A stretch of 64,000 bases of DNA, from assembly GCA_965204375.1 (NCBI GenBank), contig OZ241986.1, positions 1,248,001-1,312,000 on the forward strand, given 5' to 3'. The first letter of the stretch is position 1, and each line of letters starts with the position of its first letter. A program made the position numbers and the translations under genes. Origin of the DNA: Candidatus Latescibacterota bacterium. GTDB lineage: Bacteria > Latescibacterota > UBA2968. The notes beneath the pieces are model-generated. The model was given only the letters and a program-made list of their open reading frames with translations, searched no databases and was not told where the DNA came from. Shown piece after piece: positions 38,252 to 47,534 of the stretch.

Positions 38252-40702
38252 ATGTTTAACCTGATCGGAAATTACGCCAAAATTGCTATCAGAAATTTGA
38301 TGCGGAACAAAGTGTATTCTGCGCTCAATATCCTCGGTCTGGGCATCGCCATGTCCTGCTGTCTTTTGATTGTGTTGTTTTTACAACGCGAGTTGCAATA
38401 CGATCACAGATATGAAAAGGGAGATCGCATTTACAAGGTTGTGCGAGAAATAAATATTCAGGGCGGATCGCGCACTTTTTCCTGGGGCACATCGGGATCT
38501 TTGGCCCCCGCGTTGCAACGCGATTTTCCCGAGGTAGAATCAGCCGTCCGAATATGGCCTTGGAACGTGAAGGTCGAACGCGAGAATAGTTTGTTTCCCT
38601 CACGGATCAATGTCGTTGACAAACACGTATTTGACGTATTTGAAGCTGAATTTGTTCAGGGCAGCGCACAGGCGGCTTTTGAAGATCCAACGAGTATTGT
38701 GATTACCGAGCGAATGGCGAATCTCATCTATGGCGAAGAAAATCCGATGGGCAAGGCTCTCACTATTGTCAATTCGATTTTTGGCGGAGACTATATTGTG
38801 CGGGGCGTGTTGAAAGATCGCTTCGAGCCCACCACAATCCCATTTAATATGTTCGTATCGCGAGACCCCAATGCGCAATGGAGGAACAAATGGTACGTCT
38901 GGGATAAGGCTGCGGGTTTTCGACCGATACAAACATATATTTTGCTTCAAGAAGGTGTTTCTCCCAAAACGCTGGAACAAAAATTTCCGGATTTTATAAA
39001 GCGCTATATGGGCGCGGAGATCCAAAAATACAATGCGTATCATCTTCAACCCCTGCATCGGGTCTATTTGCATTCGCGTGCAGATTACGACATCCAGAGC
39101 TTCGGCGATATCGATCAACTCTATACGATGTGCGTGATTGCCGCATTTATTCTGATCATTGCCTGCGTGAACTTTATGAATCTGGCGACAGCCCAATCAG
39201 TCCGACGCGCAAGAGAGGTGGGCCTGCGAAAAGTGGTTGGTGCCAGTCGCGGTCAGTTGATCCAGCAATTTCTGGGAGAGTCCCTGATTGTCGCTTGTCT
39301 CGCGTCGTTGCTGGCAATTATTGTCGCGCATGCGGCACTGCCTGTGTTTAATGATTTGATTCAGCAAAATCTGGTGTTAGATCTCAAGGCTTATATGACT
39401 TTGATCCCGGCGTTGATCGGCGTGGTACTGGTATCCGGAGTACTCGCCGGAGGTTATCCCGCCTTTGTTTTGTCTGCCTGGCAGCCGATTGATACATTGA
39501 AGAGCCAGGTTCAATCCAGATCGGGGGGATCCTGGTTCTGGAAAGGGCTGGTGATATTCCAATTTTCAATTTCGATTTTTTTGATTGTAGGGACGCTGGT
39601 CGTGCGCAACCAGATCTCTTATATGCTGGATCGGGATCTGGGGGTTGATACAGAACATCTGGTCATGTTGCCCATTTTTACTTCGAGCCGGGAGGCGCAT
39701 TTCGTTCACGCCAACCGCCTGTCGTCGCGATACAGTACTGTGAAGCAGTCGTTTTTGAGGCATCCCAATGTCATTGGGGCAACAGCATCTCAGTATCGCG
39801 CCTTCCCCAGTGGGGGCGGGTCGCGGAGCAAACCCATTCGCCCAGAAGATTTGCCGGGGGATGACTGGTGGATTCTGATAAATGAGGTCGATGGGGATTT
39901 TGTAAAAACAATGGGTATTGAGCTGGTTGCTGGCAAAAATTTTACCCCGGGCAAGGGAAATCCTCTCAGGGGATGGACGCGCGAATTTCTGATCAATGAG
40001 TCGGCAGCCAAATTATTTGGCTGGGATAATCCCATCGGCAAACAAATTCAGAGGCTGGATGGCGGCGGCGGTGCGGGTACTGTTGTGGGCGTGTTTAAGG
40101 ATTACCATTTTGATTCCTTAAAAGAAAAAATCGCGCCTCTCGCATTTATTCAGTGGGCCAGGCTATATGCGTATTTAACGCTGAAAATAAAGGGTGGGCA
40201 GTTTGTAGAAACGATGGATTTTTTGGAAGAGGAATGGTATAAATTCGTGCCCAACGAAGCGTTTAATCCCGTTTTTATGGACGATGGCTTTGCATCTGCA
40301 TACCGGAATGAACTTCGCCTGAGAAGAATTGCTGGCATTTCTTCATTGCTGGCGATCGTAGTGTGCTGTTTGGGTTTGTTTGGTTTGGCTGCTATCTCTG
40401 CCCAACGGCGCACAAAGGAGATTGGGGTGCGCAAGGTGCTCGGCGCTTCTGCTGGGCAAATTGTGACGATGTTTTCAGCCGAATTTGTCAAGCTGGTCGC
40501 GTTTGCCAGTCTCATAGCTTGGCCCTTGGCTTATTACATGCTCAATGACTGGTTAGCCGATTTTGCCTATCGCATTGGTCTGGGTATCTCGGTATTTGTA
40601 TTGAGTAGTGTACTGGCTATTGCCATTGCCCTGATCACTGTGAGTTACCAGGCATGGAAAGCGGCGCAAACCAATCCGATTGAAGCGCTTAAGTACGAAT
40701 AG
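38252..40702 (+). CDS. MacB/FtsX-type double-domain ABC permease (no ATPase adjacent)
   Basis: KIAIRNL..NK.YS.LNI.GL, REVGLRKVVGA, KEIGVRKVLGA, NPIEALKYE. Confidence 0.92.
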   Translation: MFNLIGNYAKIAIRNLMRNKVYSALNILGLGIAMSCCLLIVLFLQRELQYDHRYEKGDRIYKVVREINIQGGSRTFSWGTSGSLAPALQRDFPEVESAVRIWPWNVKVERENSLFPSRINVVDKHVFDVFEAEFVQGSAQAAFEDPTSIVITERMANLIYGEENPMGKALTIVNSIFGGDYIVRGVLKDRFEPTTIPFNMFVSRDPNAQWRNKWYVWDKAAGFRPIQTYILLQEGVSPKTLEQKFPDFIKRYMGAEIQKYNAYHLQPLHRVYLHSRADYDIQSFGDIDQLYTMCVIAAFILIIACVNFMNLATAQSVRRAREVGLRKVVGASRGQLIQQFLGESLIVACLASLLAIIVAHAALPVFNDLIQQNLVLDLKAYMTLIPALIGVVLVSGVLAGGYPAFVLSAWQPIDTLKSQVQSRSGGSWFWKGLVIFQFSISIFLIVGTLVVRNQISYMLDRDLGVDTEHLVMLPIFTSSREAHFVHANRLSSRYSTVKQSFLRHPNVIGATASQYRAFPSGGGSRSKPIRPEDLPGDDWWILINEVDGDFVKTMGIELVAGKNFTPGKGNPLRGWTREFLINESAAKLFGWDNPIGKQIQRLDGGGGAGTVVGVFKDYHFDSLKEKIAPLAFIQWARLYAYLTLKIKGGQFVETMDFLEEEWYKFVPNEAFNPVFMDDGFASAYRNELRLRRIAGISSLLAIVVCCLGLFGLAAISAQRRTKEIGVRKVLGASAGQIVTMFSAEFVKLVAFASLIAWPLAYYMLNDWLADFAYRIGLGISVFVLSSVLAIAIALITVSYQAWKAAQTNPIEALKYE

Positions 40703-40764
40703 ACGAATGGCAATACGTACTGGTTTTGGGAGGATGGGCGGGGTTCGTTGATTCGTTGATTCGT
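40695..40764. repeat. Inverted heptamer tracts between convergent genes
   Basis: Plus strand ACGAATAG-ACGAAT; minus strand GACGAATCA-ACGAATCA-ACGAA; a similar tract GCGAATAGACGAATAGACG lies at 19030-19048. Confidence 0.55.
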
Positions 40765-42620
40765 CAATCAGCTGCACTATCTGTGCCCAACTGCATCTGC
40801 TCATCCCATATTTGGCGATAGAGGCCGTTTGCTTCCAACAAGTCGTCGTGTGTGCCGTTTTCGACGATTCTGCCCTGGTCCAGAACGTAGATTCGGTCTG
40901 CTTTTTGAACTGTCATGAGCCTGTGAGAAACCATCACAGTGGTTCGTCCCTCCGATACGTTCCATATCGTGTCCATGACGTGTTCTTCCGACCGAGAATC
41001 CAGGTTTGAGGTCGCTTCATCCAGGATGAAAACCGCGGGGTCTCTGATCAGGGCGCGGGCAATACCCATTCTTTGCTTTTGTCCTCCGGATAATCTCGTT
41101 CCCTCTCCAATATCTCTTTCAAATCCCTCTGGGTGATCGGTGACGGCATCGTAAAGCGCGGCCATACGGGCTGCTTCCTCCACGTCTGCATCCGAAGCCT
41201 TTAGATTTCCATAGCGAATATTCTCGCGAACAGTTCCGGAAAACAAGAAGGTGTCTTGAAGCACAACGCCGAGTTGATTGCGGTAGCTCAAGAGTCGGAC
41301 GTCTTTCAGGTCGTGTCCATCTACGAGAACCGATCCAGTGGTGGGATCGTAAAGCCTCAAGATGAGGTATAGCATCGAGGTCTTGCCCGAGCCACTCGGT
41401 CCCACGAATGCGACGCGCTCTCCGGGACGGATTGTGATGTTGATATTTTCCAGCACGGGCTGTCCCGATACGTATTCGAATCCCACATTTCTGAATTCGA
41501 CTGTGCCGCTGAGGGGCGGCAGGGTGCTCGCATCGGGCGCATCGCTTATCTCGGGGCGAACGTCAAGGGTTTGCAGGACGCGTTCGGCCTGGACGAGTTG
41601 AAGGCGAATGCTCTGGATTAGCCTGATCATTCTCTCCATTGGGCCTTCAAATTGCCGGGCGAGGAAAAACACAACACTGAATTCTCCGATGCTCAGTTCC
41701 CCGGTCATGGTGTGGTAACCCACGTAGAGCCACAGCACTTTTTCAACGCCCTCAGAGAGAAACCACAGAACGCCCTGGTGCGTAAAGATATGTAGAACGC
41801 GGTACTTGATCCAGTATCTGCGGTTCTCGATAAAAGTCGATGCATATCGGCGGGCAGACCAGCGCATGCGGCCAAAACCTTTGACGGTTTTGGTCGCGGC
41901 TATACCGTCTCTCAAGATCGACCTCAGGTACTGTGCCTGCATTCTCATGTCCCATCGAACTCTCTGAAGGCGTGTGTAGAAGTAGTGGGATAGGGCTGTG
42001 TAGGGAAAGGAGTAAAGAAAAATCAGCACTGTGAGCCAGGGATCGACCAGACTGAGGATGATGCCCGTCCAGATAATCCGGTAGGCTATGGTAATCGCAT
42101 TGGGAACATCGTCGGTGATCATGGTGATCAGGCCACCTCCGACGTCGGCGGTGCTGCGATACATGTGTTCGCCGATGGGCCGACTCTGAAGAAAGCCCAG
42201 GGAAAGTTTGTGGAGGTGGTCGTAGAAGATCGTGCGCAGGTGGATGGTGACTTTCATGTCGATATACCACCCGAGGATACGCCGTGTTATCTGAGAGACA
42301 TTCGAGATGATATACATCAGGAACTTGATACCAAAGACAATAAATAAAAGCTGCAAGCGGCGATCTACTGGCAGGTCGTTGTTCAAGATGACGTCATCGA
42401 CCAGATATCGATTCACAAAGACGCTTATCTCACGGAGCGGAACGCCTACCATGATGAATAGCATCCCGAGGATGACTTTTGTCTTGTGGGGATACAGGTA
42501 CTTAAAAAAACGCCAGAAGGTATCCCATTCGCGGTTTGCCCGTTCCTGTTCTGGAGACCAGGCAGGACCGCGCCATACCTCGGGCTTTCTCTGTCGGATG
42601 TCGAGAATTCTCATTGCCAT
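40764..42620 (-). CDS. ABC exporter half-transporter (TMD+NBD)
   Basis: GPSGSGKT, LSGGQKQR, ILDEATSNLD, SHRL; shares IGEHMYR..AD with 36179-37975. Confidence 0.93.
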   Translation of the reverse strand: MAMRILDIRQRKPEVWRGPAWSPEQERANREWDTFWRFFKYLYPHKTKVILGMLFIMVGVPLREISVFVNRYLVDDVILNNDLPVDRRLQLLFIVFGIKFLMYIISNVSQITRRILGWYIDMKVTIHLRTIFYDHLHKLSLGFLQSRPIGEHMYRSTADVGGGLITMITDDVPNAITIAYRIIWTGIILSLVDPWLTVLIFLYSFPYTALSHYFYTRLQRVRWDMRMQAQYLRSILRDGIAATKTVKGFGRMRWSARRYASTFIENRRYWIKYRVLHIFTHQGVLWFLSEGVEKVLWLYVGYHTMTGELSIGEFSVVFFLARQFEGPMERMIRLIQSIRLQLVQAERVLQTLDVRPEISDAPDASTLPPLSGTVEFRNVGFEYVSGQPVLENINITIRPGERVAFVGPSGSGKTSMLYLILRLYDPTTGSVLVDGHDLKDVRLLSYRNQLGVVLQDTFLFSGTVRENIRYGNLKASDADVEEAARMAALYDAVTDHPEGFERDIGEGTRLSGGQKQRMGIARALIRDPAVFILDEATSNLDSRSEEHVMDTIWNVSEGRTTVMVSHRLMTVQKADRIYVLDQGRIVENGTHDDLLEANGLYRQIWDEQMQLGTDSAAD

Positions 42621-42630
42621 CCTCAGGTCT
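42571..42630. repeat. 60-bp direct repeat, copy 1 (RBS + first 17 codons of the ABC gene)
   Basis: 59/60 identical to 44719-44778. Confidence 0.95.
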
Positions 42631-42698
42631 TGCGAGACCTTCGTAAAATCAACATAGACACGTAAATTTATGAATATTCCGAATAATCCGCTACCTAA

Positions 42699-44654
42699 TT
42701 AGTATAGCGCGAGTGAATGCCCATCATCGGGAAACCAGACCATGTCAACGCCAAACGAAATCCCGACACCAACGAAATACCCCAGCATCATACCAAAGAA
42801 GAAGGGTGAGGCTTTGCGATACAGGCTGATTCCGCCTATACGGAGGATGGCGGCTTTGGCGAACCAGGCAAAGAAAATCGAGAATATCGTGCGATTGGCA
42901 GGGTAGGAGGTTGCCGAGACTAGGCCGATGGGGTGCAGCGGAAAAGCCGGATAAATATAGCGGAGGACCATATTAGCGACGGTGACGGCAGCTCCGATCA
43001 GTCCCCAAAAGGCGAGATGTCGCTTCATTGCGAAGGGGTCGCGGATGTAACCAACGCCCCTGTCAAACACGGCCTGCACGGAACTCGCATAGATGCCACC
43101 GTAGTTGTATGCGCCCGTCTGGTATCCGGAAGAAATCGCGTAATAGGCGCTGCCTCCCACAACAACGGCAACGGCAATCGCGACTGCAAGGATCATTCTC
43201 CCCCGGTCTTCGCGAACATCGTCGAAGAGTTTCGTGGCGTTGGCCATCGGGGCCATCAGAACAGTTTTCAGGTCGCGGTGCCAGGTGTAGGTCAACGCCA
43301 GCGCCACAATGCTCTGTGGGTTCATGTTTGTGAGTCCAACAATATGGTAGGTCGCGAACTGCGCGTGTATGATGCGAGAACTGATCAGTCCCGTTTCGAT
43401 GCTGATCTTCGAGATCCCAAGCCAGACCACAATGACAAGGGAGACGAAGACAAACGCCACATATACGGTCATTCCCGATGCGACGCACCACGCGCAGATG
43501 AACAGCGCACTGAGGATGAGTCCGAATACCGCTGAACGATAGGAGAGCATCTCCTGAGTGTCGTCTATCGTCGGGTCCTTTGCGAACGCCTTTCTGACGA
43601 CATCTCTCAAATGGCCGCGGGCGACCCACAGTCCCCAGGGAATCAGGACGAAAAGTGCGCCAAGTCCTTGCCAGTTTTCAAAATCGGAAGTGTCTGCACG
43701 CAGTGGACCTGTTTCGAATCCAAGTCTTCTGAACATACCAAGCTGAAATGTCAGGAATAGGAAGTAGATGATGATGCTTCCGGATACTTCGAGCTCAACG
43801 AAGTATGAGGCACCGATGATCAGTGGATAGAATCGGGTCTCGATGGGTGGAAAATCTCGCCCCAGTTGGATAAGTCCGAAATCCCTTGGAATGGTCGGGA
43901 AAACGGGTGTGAAGTATCCGATCATATTCCACATAATTGGGAAGATCGCGAAAGCGAAACCGATCCAGAAAACAGGCTGGTTCATGAACCCGGCGGTGAA
44001 AAACCCGCGAGGCTCCTCGTCTGCCATGTTCATCGGCAGTTTCATCAGGGGGAAAGAGAGCCGCTCGTTCTCGACCCACTGCTTCCGGAAGATCGCGACC
44101 ATACAATAGCAGAAGCAGGCGACTGCGCCTACGAGCGCCAGGCGCCAGATCAGCGGTATGAGCCAGGCTCTCCACGGGATCGAAGCGCCGCGAGGGAGTC
44201 CTTCGTAGAACCATTTGGCTGCCGTAATATCTGTTACGACTGCCCAGTTGACGAGATACGGATGTAGCTCGGTTGCCCAGCCGTTCTCGGATGATGGAAA
44301 GTAATAGGGCGCACCGATGTTCGCGATCATGTGCGCCATGAAGTAGCTGGGCAGAGCGGATCCGATCAGGGCCATTGCAAAGATGACGAGAAGCTCGGCT
44401 CTTGTGAGCATGGCCTTTGGCTGGACGGCTTGGATGACTTTGTTGAGGATGACAGCGATGATGAAGAAGGGAACCATCACGCCCCAGGGGAGATGGTCCT
44501 GCGCCATCTTGGTCGTATGACCGATGTGCCGCGTGTAGTGACCGCCCCAGGCCATGAACGTCACACACAGCGTACCAAGCGCAATGGATCGGGCCGTTAT
44601 GGCGTGCCGAAGGGGACGGATCTCCGGTTCAGCTATGGGTTGCACCTCGGCCAA
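42699..44654 (-). CDS. DUF6785/DUF6784-like polytopic membrane protein (paralog of 11391-13346)
   Basis: AITARSI, RKQWVENERLSFP, FPLHPIG, ILRIGGISLYR, PFFFG; TTG start after GGAGG. Confidence 0.8.
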   Translation of the reverse strand: MAEVQPIAEPEIRPLRHAITARSIALGTLCVTFMAWGGHYTRHIGHTTKMAQDHLPWGVMVPFFIIAVILNKVIQAVQPKAMLTRAELLVIFAMALIGSALPSYFMAHMIANIGAPYYFPSSENGWATELHPYLVNWAVVTDITAAKWFYEGLPRGASIPWRAWLIPLIWRLALVGAVACFCYCMVAIFRKQWVENERLSFPLMKLPMNMADEEPRGFFTAGFMNQPVFWIGFAFAIFPIMWNMIGYFTPVFPTIPRDFGLIQLGRDFPPIETRFYPLIIGASYFVELEVSGSIIIYFLFLTFQLGMFRRLGFETGPLRADTSDFENWQGLGALFVLIPWGLWVARGHLRDVVRKAFAKDPTIDDTQEMLSYRSAVFGLILSALFICAWCVASGMTVYVAFVFVSLVIVVWLGISKISIETGLISSRIIHAQFATYHIVGLTNMNPQSIVALALTYTWHRDLKTVLMAPMANATKLFDDVREDRGRMILAVAIAVAVVVGGSAYYAISSGYQTGAYNYGGIYASSVQAVFDRGVGYIRDPFAMKRHLAFWGLIGAAVTVANMVLRYIYPAFPLHPIGLVSATSYPANRTIFSIFFAWFAKAAILRIGGISLYRKASPFFFGMMLGYFVGVGISFGVDMVWFPDDGHSLALY

Positions 44655-44669
44655 TCAGAGCCTCCAGGT

Positions 44670-44768
44670 CTATTGGTCGCGGCTTGCCCGTTTCCGATCC
44701 GCAGACCATGCGGGAATTCGCCATACTTCGGGCTTTCTCTGTCGGATGTCGAGAATTCTCATTGCCAT
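44670..44768 (-). CDS. 32-aa ORF duplicating the N-terminus of the ABC exporter (peptide or gene relic)
   Basis: GAGG-ATG; MAMRILDIRQRKPEVWRIPAWSADRKRASRDQ* versus exporter MAMRILDIRQRKPEVWRGPAWSPEQERANREW. Confidence 0.6.
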   Translation of the reverse strand: MAMRILDIRQRKPEVWRIPAWSADRKRASRDQ

Positions 44769-44778
44769 CCTCAGGTCT
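44719..44778. repeat. 60-bp direct repeat, copy 2
   Basis: CGCCATAC(T/C)TCGGGCTTTCTCTGTCGGATGTCGAGAATTCTCATTGCCATCCTCAGGTCT. Confidence 0.95.
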
Positions 44779-44787
44779 CGTGATGCC

Positions 44788-46179
44788 TTAATTTTTTTTT
44801 CTATTCTCGTGATCTGGATACACAGCATTGAATACGCACGTTACCACATCGGGCGATGTCCGATTCTCAAACGCCTCCAAAACTGGATCATTGGTTTCCC
44901 GCATTTGGGCCTGTAGAATCGCCCGTATTTCATCAGCTTTTGCACTGTATTCCGGGTCGTCAATCAGGTTTTTCAAACAATTGGGGTCCTGCTCCAAATC
45001 GTATAACTCTTCTGGCACGCGATACCGAAACATCCGCACCCGTTCCGCAATATCTGGATTGCCCGGTGCAGCTTCCTCCATTGCGTGCATCGTCAAGCCT
45101 TCATTGTTATTGCGGTACCGATAGTCATCTCGGACCCACATATTAAATATGTACCCAAATTGATGATCCTGCACACACCGCATCGGCGTCGCTGCGCCAC
45201 CAGCCTTAGAATCGATCTGCGTAAATACATGCTCTCGCCCCTCTTGCTTTTCGCCTCTCAGTAGCGGCACAAAAGATTCGCCATCCACACCATCTAAAGC
45301 AGGTAGCCCAATCGCATCTAACGTGGTCGGCAAGAAGTCAATGCCCGACATCAGTTCACGACACGTTGCACCTTCTTTTGCAACACCGGGCCACCGCACC
45401 AGCCAGGGGGTGCGTGTACTCGCCAGATATACATTACACTTGGCAAACGGCACAGCCATCCCGTTATCCGACAAAAAAGCGACCAGTGTATTGTCTTTCA
45501 ATCCCGCCTCTTCCAAAGCATTCATCACCGCCCCAAATGTATCATCCAAACGTCTCACCGAATTGTAGTACCACGAAAGTTCCCTGCGAATCAATGGTAG
45601 ATCAGGCAAAAATCCAGGCACTTCAATTTCGTCGGGGCTATACAACCGCGATGGGACCTCAGCGCCACCGCGTGGTCCTTCATCTGGATTGTAAAACGGT
45701 CGATGAGGATCGTGAGAGTTCACCATAAAATAAAAGGGTTTATCGGCACTTTTACAGTTCTCGAAAAATTTCTTACAATACGCCCCATACTTCTGAGGGC
45801 TACGGCCGAAACCCAGGTCTTCTTGATCCCGACTAAAATCCCATGTAATCGACTCTTTTGGCGTTGAATGATTCACTTTTCCGAGAAGGCCAGTCATATA
45901 CCCCGCATTGCTCAATGTTTCGATGATCGTCGGTGTGTCCTCAAATGTATGAAAAAATCCCATTCCACCATTGTTATAACTATAGCGCCCGGTGTTCAAC
46001 ACATTGCGACTTGGCATACAAATGGCAACATTCACATGTCCATGGCTGAACCGCATGCCCTCTGCGGCAAACGCATCCAGGTTGGGGGAAATATCTGGCA
46101 CATTTGATCCAAAACACCCGAGTGAATCGCAACCCAAATCATCTGCTGTAAACAGCAGGATATTTAATTTATCTGCCAT
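44788..46179 (-). CDS. Sulfatase (N-sulfoglucosamine sulfohydrolase-like)
   Basis: NILLFTADD, CMPSR, DPHRPF, SDNG, EELYDL; start ATG 46179. Confidence 0.92.
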   Translation of the reverse strand: MADKLNILLFTADDLGCDSLGCFGSNVPDISPNLDAFAAEGMRFSHGHVNVAICMPSRNVLNTGRYSYNNGGMGFFHTFEDTPTIIETLSNAGYMTGLLGKVNHSTPKESITWDFSRDQEDLGFGRSPQKYGAYCKKFFENCKSADKPFYFMVNSHDPHRPFYNPDEGPRGGAEVPSRLYSPDEIEVPGFLPDLPLIRRELSWYYNSVRRLDDTFGAVMNALEEAGLKDNTLVAFLSDNGMAVPFAKCNVYLASTRTPWLVRWPGVAKEGATCRELMSGIDFLPTTLDAIGLPALDGVDGESFVPLLRGEKQEGREHVFTQIDSKAGGAATPMRCVQDHQFGYIFNMWVRDDYRYRNNNEGLTMHAMEEAAPGNPDIAERVRMFRYRVPEELYDLEQDPNCLKNLIDDPEYSAKADEIRAILQAQMRETNDPVLEAFENRTSPDVVTCVFNAVYPDHENRKKN

Positions 46180-46199
46180 ACGATCCTCACTTCCTCCTA

Positions 46200-47351
46200 T
46201 CAATTTATTCGATACTTCTCCAGAGCATCCTCATCGAGTTCACATCCAAGTCCCGGTTTTGTTGGAACAATGGCTTCGCCCTTTTCAAATTGGATGCCAT
46301 CTACAATCAGGTCGTCTTCCCGCGTCCAACTCCCGACAAAATCACTGGGCATAACGCAATTTCTCGGCACACTTGCCGCGTGAAGATAGGCCATTTCCAT
46401 TACGCCGAGATCATTTCCAGATCCATGCCAGCAGGGAATGCCCGCGGCATCGGCAATCGCCGCGTTGTGGACAAATTGCCACATGCTGCCCCCAAGATTG
46501 AAAATATCTACTGCTTCCACCTTGATTGCGTTGATGATGTCGTGGGGATTCGCCAGGTGCAAGGCGACCGGGATTGTGGTTGCCGCTCTTAGCTGGCGAT
46601 ACCAATCCAGATTCCATTTCGCCATTGGGTCTTCGAGTACGCCGACATTGCCGACTGCTTCGAATTGTTTTGCCAATGCAATGGCTTCTGCCGGGCGATA
46701 AAATCTCTGATTCGGATCGATTGTGCATTTGAACGATATATCTGTGGCTTCCAGAATTGCCTGCACGCGAGCGACCATTGGTTCATCAGAGGTACACTTC
46801 ATTTTTACACCGTGAAATCCGCGGTCGTAACCAAGCCGCGCATTCATAGCTGAGTCTTCGGGCGTTTGATGGCCGATCCAGTAATCCGCTGGTACGCGAT
46901 CTCTGTACGCACCGCCGAGCAGTTCGTGGACCGGGCAGCCACGGATTTTGCCCACGATGTCAAAAACAGCCATTTCAAAAGCCTCATAACCCGCGCCAGT
47001 TCCCCAGCCATTCAGACTCTCCCAATCGCGTGTTCCGCCTCCCTCTTCAGATACAACCGGATCTCTGAAAGGCATGACTGTGTCGCGATGCGGGGCGGCG
47101 TCTATAAATACGTTTTGCAGGCTTAGTTTGAGGGGATCTCGCCCTTTGAGTTGGTTAAATCCCTGTCGAATTGCTTCTTCGGGTGTTCCGCGCGAGGTTT
47201 CTCCCAGTCCGTAAATCCCTTCATCGGTATTTAGCCTGATGATGTGTTTGGGAACCTGGTCCCAGCTGGCAGAACCAAATGATGCGCTGTGTACACGACC
47301 GGGTATGGTTGGAACAACGACTGTCATGATGTCGATGGATGAGATTTTCAT
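46200..47351 (-). CDS. Mandelate racemase/muconate lactonizing (enolase superfamily) enzyme
   Basis: FDIVGK..G.PVHELLGG, VKMK, DPN, LEDP, KPGLG.ELD. Confidence 0.9.
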   Translation of the reverse strand: MKISSIDIMTVVVPTIPGRVHSASFGSASWDQVPKHIIRLNTDEGIYGLGETSRGTPEEAIRQGFNQLKGRDPLKLSLQNVFIDAAPHRDTVMPFRDPVVSEEGGGTRDWESLNGWGTGAGYEAFEMAVFDIVGKIRGCPVHELLGGAYRDRVPADYWIGHQTPEDSAMNARLGYDRGFHGVKMKCTSDEPMVARVQAILEATDISFKCTIDPNQRFYRPAEAIALAKQFEAVGNVGVLEDPMAKWNLDWYRQLRAATTIPVALHLANPHDIINAIKVEAVDIFNLGGSMWQFVHNAAIADAAGIPCWHGSGNDLGVMEMAYLHAASVPRNCVMPSDFVGSWTREDDLIVDGIQFEKGEAIVPTKPGLGCELDEDALEKYRIN

Positions 47352-47534
47352 GGCGTTTTCCCCCGAATACCTGCACAAATTGACTACTGACGTTACACAC
47401 GAGAAATAATTTCGTCAAGGCTATTTATCGCGGGGCGGGTTAATAATAGCCCTGTTAGAATGCTATTGTAAAATACTTTGGCATATATTATTTATTTAGA
47501 GTCTTTCATCGCTTTTTTAACAAAGGGAGACGTG

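Noticed and set aside
44670-44768. 32-aa ORF as a RiPP precursor
   Set aside because: No double-glycine or other leader, no Cys, no C39 peptidase or RRE enzymes nearby; it is clearly homologous to the ABC N-terminus.
47419-47470. Short inverted repeats (GGCTATT/AATAGCC, AATAGC/GCTATT) between the divergent enolase genes
   Set aside because: Only 6-7 bp arms in AT-rich DNA; a possible operator but not distinguishable from chance.
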